From: Octopus sinensis
Lineage: Eukaryota
Assembly: GCF_006345805.1 (NCBI RefSeq)
Contig: NC_043003.1
Location: 85,622,001-85,686,000 of the forward strand
DNA: 64,000 nucleotides
Reading direction: 5' to 3'
Positions 61,747 through 64,000 of the stretch are shown here, in pieces; within the stretch, counting starts at the first letter, position 1, and every line of letters begins with the position of its first letter. A program made the position numbers and the translations under genes. The notes beneath the pieces are model-generated. The model did no database searches. It was not told the origin of the DNA and saw nothing but the letters and a program-made list of their open reading frames with translations.

Positions 61747-62186
61747 TTGATCCCCACAACTACTTGAAAACCAGTGGTGGTTTGTTTATGTCCCCATGAC
61801 TTAGAGGTTTGGCATAAGAGGGTGACAGAATAAGTACTAGGCTTAAAAAGGAAAAAAATATATATAAGTACTAGGGTTGATTCATTGGGCTAGAATTCTT
61901 CAAAGTGGTGCTCCAGCATGGCCACAATCTAATGAATGAAACCAGTAAAAGATAAAAGATACCCCTTTTCCTTTTGCTTTTCTTGTCTGTCATGTCTTTG
62001 CATCAGTCTAATCTGTCATATTTTGTGTCTTGTTAGGATAACCATATTCCTTATAGGAACAGCAAGCTCACTTATCTGCTACAGAACTCTCTTGGTGGAA
62101 ACAGCAAAACTCTTATGTTTGTGAATGTCTCACCTAAAGAAGACAACTATCAGGAAACCTTGAATTCTCTTCGCTTTGCAACAGTG
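21321..62186 (+). CDS. KIFC1: Kinesin-14 (KIFC1/HSET/XCTK2/Ncd-like C-terminal minus-end motor); 14 coding exons, 649 codons, last exon beyond the window
   Basis: All junctions are GT-AG with compatible phases. Basic tail, coiled coil, [11 protein letters not shown] motif, neck [15 protein letters not shown]-loop GQTGSGKT, switch I NERSSRSH, switch [19 protein letters not shown]. Confidence 0.96.
23570..24095 (+). mobile_element. RTE 3' end/UTR copy
   Basis: Same tail motifs and (GAT)n end as 10740-11457. Confidence 0.85.
24230..25200 (+). mobile_element. Highly degenerate RTE RT fragment with a short inverted RTE tail inserted (~24575-24625)
   Basis: Recognisable [28 protein letters not shown] and [11 protein letters not shown] remnants. 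Confidence 0.7.
25221..25646 (-). mobile_element. Full-length tRNA-derived SINE, family 1
   Basis: GGCGCAGGAGTGGCTGTGTGG head to AAGTAAAAGAG tail. Confidence 0.88.
25925..26900 (-). mobile_element. Truncated Gypsy remnant (integrase C-half, G-rich PPT at ~26226-26237, probable 3' LTR ~25925-26225)
   Basis: ORF 26297-26623 ([26 protein letters not shown]) is homologous to the integrase at 8349-9080. Confidence 0.8.
27690..28565 (+). mobile_element. RTE 3' fragment with tandemly repeated 3' UTR units
   Basis: C-terminal RTE remnants, repeated GCCATGCAAATGGCACC units and a GATGATG tail. Confidence 0.75.
29312..29401 (+). CDS. KIFC1: Kinesin-14 exon 2 (RKVLADTAN...SSLNE)
   Basis: ttttgtttcag acceptor, GTAATT donor, 90 nt. 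Confidence 0.8.
30610..31043 (+). mobile_element. RTE 3' UTR copy
   Basis: Tail motifs and GATAATGATGAT end. Confidence 0.8.
31174..31593 (-). mobile_element. Solo-LTR-like element (420 bp) flanked by a 113-bp direct duplication
   Basis: TGT...ACA ends with imperfect TIR (TGTAACGAAG vs TGTAGTGATG), AATAAA on the - strand at ~31292. Flanks 31061-31173 and 31594-31706 are identical at 112/113 positions. Confidence 0.8.
31871..31988 (+). CDS. KIFC1: Kinesin-14 exon 3 ([11 protein letters not shown]...NPRR)
   Basis: ctttgactag acceptor, GTAAGT donor, 118 nt, phase 0-1. Confidence 0.8.
32019..32239. mobile_element. piggyBac-type MITE
   Basis: TTAA|CTCTTTAGCATT ... AATGCTAAAGGG|TTAA. Related pieces at ~58370-58680 and ~62990-63190. 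Confidence 0.7.
32341..32736 (+). mobile_element. Full-length tRNA-derived SINE, family 1
   Basis: Complete head, microsatellite and tail. Confidence 0.88.
33690..33806 (+). CDS. KIFC1: Kinesin-14 exon 4 (ETMPARG...EASKQ)
   Basis: tgtgtctag acceptor, GTAAGT donor, 117 nt, phase 1-1, open. Confidence 0.7.
35745..36420 (-). mobile_element. RTE LINE internal fragment (APE endonuclease C-terminus and linker)
   Basis: [22 protein letters not shown]...SQIDFIL, +1 frameshift in a C-run at ~36180, then QHRLIISD...TWWWNSAV. Confidence 0.88.
37691..37910 (+). CDS. KIFC1: Kinesin-14 exon 5 ([13 protein letters not shown]...LKRTL)
   Basis: ttttaaag acceptor, GTAAGA donor, 220 nt, phase 1-2. Confidence 0.92.
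38111..38398 (-). mobile_element. tRNA-derived SINE, family 2
   Basis: Head TGGAGGCAAATGGCCTAGTGGTTAGAGCAGCGGACTCGCGGTCGAGGGATCGCGGGTTTGAATCTC; related to 53802-54181. Confidence 0.8.
38789..38978 (+). CDS. KIFC1: Kinesin-14 exon 6 (coiled coil)
   Basis: ttttatag acceptor, GTGAGA donor, 190 nt, phase 2-0. Confidence 0.9.
41300..41467 (+). CDS. KIFC1: Kinesin-14 exon 7 (...[12 protein letters not shown])
   Basis: ttgtttcag acceptor, GTGAGT donor, 168 nt. Confidence 0.95.
42310..43706 (+). mobile_element. Degenerate, internally deleted Helitron
   Basis: From the ATG at 42862, remnants [45 protein letters not shown] match the Helitron Rep N-terminal region. (CTAT)n near the 5' end and a decayed 3' hairpin CCCAGGCAATGCCAGG at ~43682-43697. 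Confidence 0.75.
44222..44368 (+). CDS. KIFC1: Kinesin-14 exon 8 ([11 protein letters not shown]...)
   Basis: ttctgcag acceptor, GTTAGT donor, 147 nt. Confidence 0.93.
45426..46437 (-). mobile_element. Solo LTR (1012 bp) with 4-bp TSD TGTG
   Basis: TGTAGGAATAC...ATACTGCTACA short TIR; TGTG at 45422-45425 and 46438-46441. Minus-strand TATATAAG (~46205-46212) lies upstream of AATAAA (~45597-45602). Confidence 0.8.
47221..47340 (+). CDS. KIFC1: Kinesin-14 exon 9 (...FTFDKVF...EISQLVQ)
   Basis: ctaatatag acceptor, GTATGA donor, 120 nt. Confidence 0.93.
47500..48930 (-). mobile_element. 5'-truncated R4/Dong-clade non-LTR element (restriction-like endonuclease)
   Basis: [77 protein letters not shown]. 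Flanked by TAA-like microsatellites. Confidence 0.82.
49176..49349 (+). CDS. KIFC1: Kinesin-14 exon 10 (P-loop)
   Basis: [26 protein letters not shown]; ttatttcag acceptor, GTAAGT donor, 174 nt. Confidence 0.97.
49758..50031 (+). mobile_element. RTE 3' UTR copy (also ~33385-33532 +, ~62385-62480 -, ~62530-62958 -, ~63895-64000 -)
   Basis: Near-identical tail sequence with (GAT)n. Confidence 0.85.
52216..52404. mobile_element. Tc1/mariner-type MITE
   Basis: TIRs GAGGGGTACTGAAAAGTTCCTGG / CCAGGAACTTGGCAGCACCCCTT. Confidence 0.7.
52502..52602 (-). ncRNA. Type I hammerhead ribozyme (family B), antisense copy, core intact
   Basis: Minus strand: ACTTTCC CTGATGA [~70-nt stem II] GAAA CAGCTG TA AAAAGT. 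Palindromic stem III; stem I mismatched next to the core. Confidence 0.65.
53802..54181 (-). mobile_element. tRNA-derived SINE, family 2, with 12-bp TSD
   Basis: AATCTTATACAA at 53790-53801 and 54182-54193; head TGGAGGCGCAATGGCCCAGTGGTTAGGGCAGCGGACTCGCGG. Confidence 0.9.
55281..55325 (-). ncRNA. Minimal type I hammerhead ribozyme (family A) with palindromic stem III
   Basis: Minus strand: CACATG CCGATGA CGGGT CAAT ACCCA GAAA CTCGAG TC CGTGTG. Stem I pairs, CTCGAG palindrome, UC cleavage site. Non-canonical C at position 4 and a C-A pair at the base of stem II. Confidence 0.8.
55876..55913 (+). ncRNA. Hammerhead family A, inactivated copy (7-nt deletion at the cleavage site)
   Basis: CACACG CCGATGA CGGGT CAAT ACTCA GAAAC CGTGTG; lacks TCGAGTC. 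Confidence 0.75.
56140..56470. repeat. Compound (TA)/(TG)/(TATG) microsatellite; similar tract at ~57820-58145
   Basis: Direct inspection; source of the low-complexity ORFs. Confidence 0.95.
56904..57001 (+). ncRNA. Hammerhead family B, host-sense copy, cleavage site mutated
   Basis: TTTCT CTGATGA [stem II ATTA/TAAT, TGC/GCA] GAAA TGGCTG CA AGAAA. Stem I perfect, but the palindrome and U16.1 are lost. Confidence 0.6.
57451..57612 (+). CDS. KIFC1: Kinesin-14 exon 11 ([14 protein letters not shown])
   Basis: ctatttcag acceptor, GTAAAA donor, 162 nt. Confidence 0.96.
59060..59198 (+). CDS. KIFC1: Kinesin-14 exon 12 (switch I)
   Basis: [11 protein letters not shown]; tctttgcag acceptor, GTTGGT donor, 139 nt, phase 0-1. 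Confidence 0.95.
60971..61110 (+). CDS. KIFC1: Kinesin-14 exon 13 (switch II)
   Basis: [12 protein letters not shown]; ttttatag acceptor, GTAAGT donor, 140 nt. Confidence 0.97.
61150..61965 (+). mobile_element. Two partial family-1 SINE copies
   Basis: GGCACCTTGGGCAAGTG cores at ~61187 and ~61575; tail CAGCATGGCCACA...TGAAACCAGTAAAAG. Confidence 0.7.
62037..62186 (+). CDS. KIFC1: Kinesin-14 exon 14 ([10 protein letters not shown]...SLRFATV)
   Basis: tcttgttag acceptor, GTAAGT donor, 150 nt. Confidence 0.96.
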
Positions 62187-64000
62187 GTAAGTAAACAACA
62201 TAATCATGTTGGGTGGTTTTTATCTGGAATTAGTATTTTCTCTTGTAAGAGAAAACCGTACGCTTTAACAATTTAAAATCTGACCCTTTAGCATTCAGAT
62301 TTCCTTGTCAAATGTATTGCCTATTTATTCACTTTGTTTTGAATTAATCACACATTATTTTGTAGCTTCAAGATTTCAATGGTATCATCATCGTTTAACG
62401 TCCGTTCTCCATGCTAGCATGGGTTGGACGGTTCGACCGGGGATCTGGGAAGCTAGAAGGCTGCACCAGGCTCCAGTCTTATATTTTTAGAATGACATTG
62501 TAGGGTTAGTTTAAAAAAAAAAAGCTGGTAGAATATTTGGGTTGGATACATCATCATCATCATCGTTTAGTGTCTGCTTTCCATACTAGCATGGGTTGGA
62601 CGGTTCAACTGGGGTCTGGGAAGCCAGAAGGCTGCACCAGGCCCAGTCTGATCTGGCAATGTTTCTATGGCTGGATGCCCTTCCTAATGCCAACTACTCA
62701 GTGAGTGTAGTGGGTGCTTTTTACGTGCCAGATGAGGCTGGCAAACGGCCAAGATCGGTTGGTGCTTTTTACGTGCCACCGGCATGGAGGCCAGGCGAGG
62801 CTGGCAACGACCACGATTGGATGGTGCTTTTTACATGCCACCGGCACAGAGGCCAGTCGGGGCGGCGTTGGCAACGGCCATGTTCGGATGGTTCTCTTAT
62901 GTGCCACCGGCACTGGTATCATAGCTACAATTTCCATTGATGTTGATCAATTTCGATAATTTTTTTTTTTTTTTTGGGATTAAATGCTAAGGGTTAAACC
63001 AGCCATATCCAAGCCTAAGATTTCATCTGTTTTATGTTCAAACTGACCAGATCTATTCTCTCACGTATTCTTTAATGTTGTTTAAAAATAAGCTATCATA
63101 CCATGAAAATATTGAAGCATGATTAAATTCATAACGATGTTAGTAAATGTGCATTACATTGGACATAGTAATCTGCTTGCTAAAGGGTTAATATAACTTT
63201 TCTGACTCCTACTAATATCTTTAAACAATTTACACTAAACTTCATATTTAGTATATATTTTATAAGTACTCTCTCTCACATACACACACACACTCACACA
63301 AAATTACATAACAGTAATGGAAGAAGCTTTCTAGAGTCAAATGGCAGTCAATTTCCCTCAAGTCAGCTTTAAAAAAAAAACATAAGGCATGCTTGAACAG
63401 TTTAGTTCTAGACATGCAAAATAGACTGCATGGTTGTTGAGGCTGAATTTTCTTTAATCATACGTTTGCTTTACAATAACTAATATCAATATATGTGAAG
63501 TGTATGGCTGTGTGGTTAAGAAGTTTGCTTTCCAACCAAATGGTTTCAAGTTCAATCCCACTGGTCTTCAAGTATTTTCTATTATATAGCCCTGGGTCAA
63601 CCAGAGCATTGCTGATTAGGCAGACGGAAACTGGAAAAGGCTCAGTGTGTGTATATGAATGAGTGTGTATACATTTGCATCCACACACAGATGCACGAAT
63701 ATATACACAGTGACATGGTTCTGTGATTAAGAAATTTGTACCTCAACCACAGAGTTTCCGCTTCAGTTACTCTGTGGCACCTTGAGCAAGTAATTTTCAA
63801 CATAAGCTTGATCCTTGTGGAAAGATTTGTCAGTTTAAAAATGAAAGCTCATTGTGTATAAATGTTTGCATGTATACATATATATATATCATCATGATCA
63901 TCATCATTTAACGTCCGCTTTCCGTGCTAGCATGGGTTGGACGGTTTGACTGAGGGCTTGCGAACCAGATGGCTGCACCAGGCTCCAGTCTTGATCTGGC

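Noticed and set aside
62187-64000. Final kinesin exon
   Set aside because: No acceptor plus VN.C.IG-type sequence found; presumably beyond the window.

Overview
Eukaryotic, very AT-rich, repeat-dense genomic DNA; the SINE/RTE repeat families look like those of an octopod cephalopod (Octopus sp., inferred). One host gene is supported: a kinesin-14 (KIFC1/HSET/XCTK2/Ncd type) on the + strand. Fourteen coding exons (21321..62186, 1947 nt, 649 codons) join with GT-AG sites and consistent phases, and the last exon lies beyond the window. Most of the rest is mobile DNA: RTE, CR1 and R4/Dong LINE remnants, tRNA-derived SINEs, an RT-less Gypsy element, two solo LTRs, a Helitron remnant, several MITE families and two Penelope-like (probably Naiad-type) remnants. 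Highlights: (1) kinesin intron 10 holds a nested pair of hammerhead-ribozyme retroelements, namely a 1-kb fold-back of a 352-bp non-coding monomer (retrozyme-like, 13-bp TSD) inserted in a Penelope-like element whose own terminal repeats carry a second, different hammerhead. In both, the host-sense copy is broken at the cleavage site while the antisense copy keeps the core. (2) The Gypsy PBS is exactly complementary to the first 12 nt (5' end) of tRNA-Phe rather than a tRNA 3' end. (3) A solo LTR is flanked by a 113-bp duplication. All alignments were done by eye, and repeat boundaries without a TSD are approximate.
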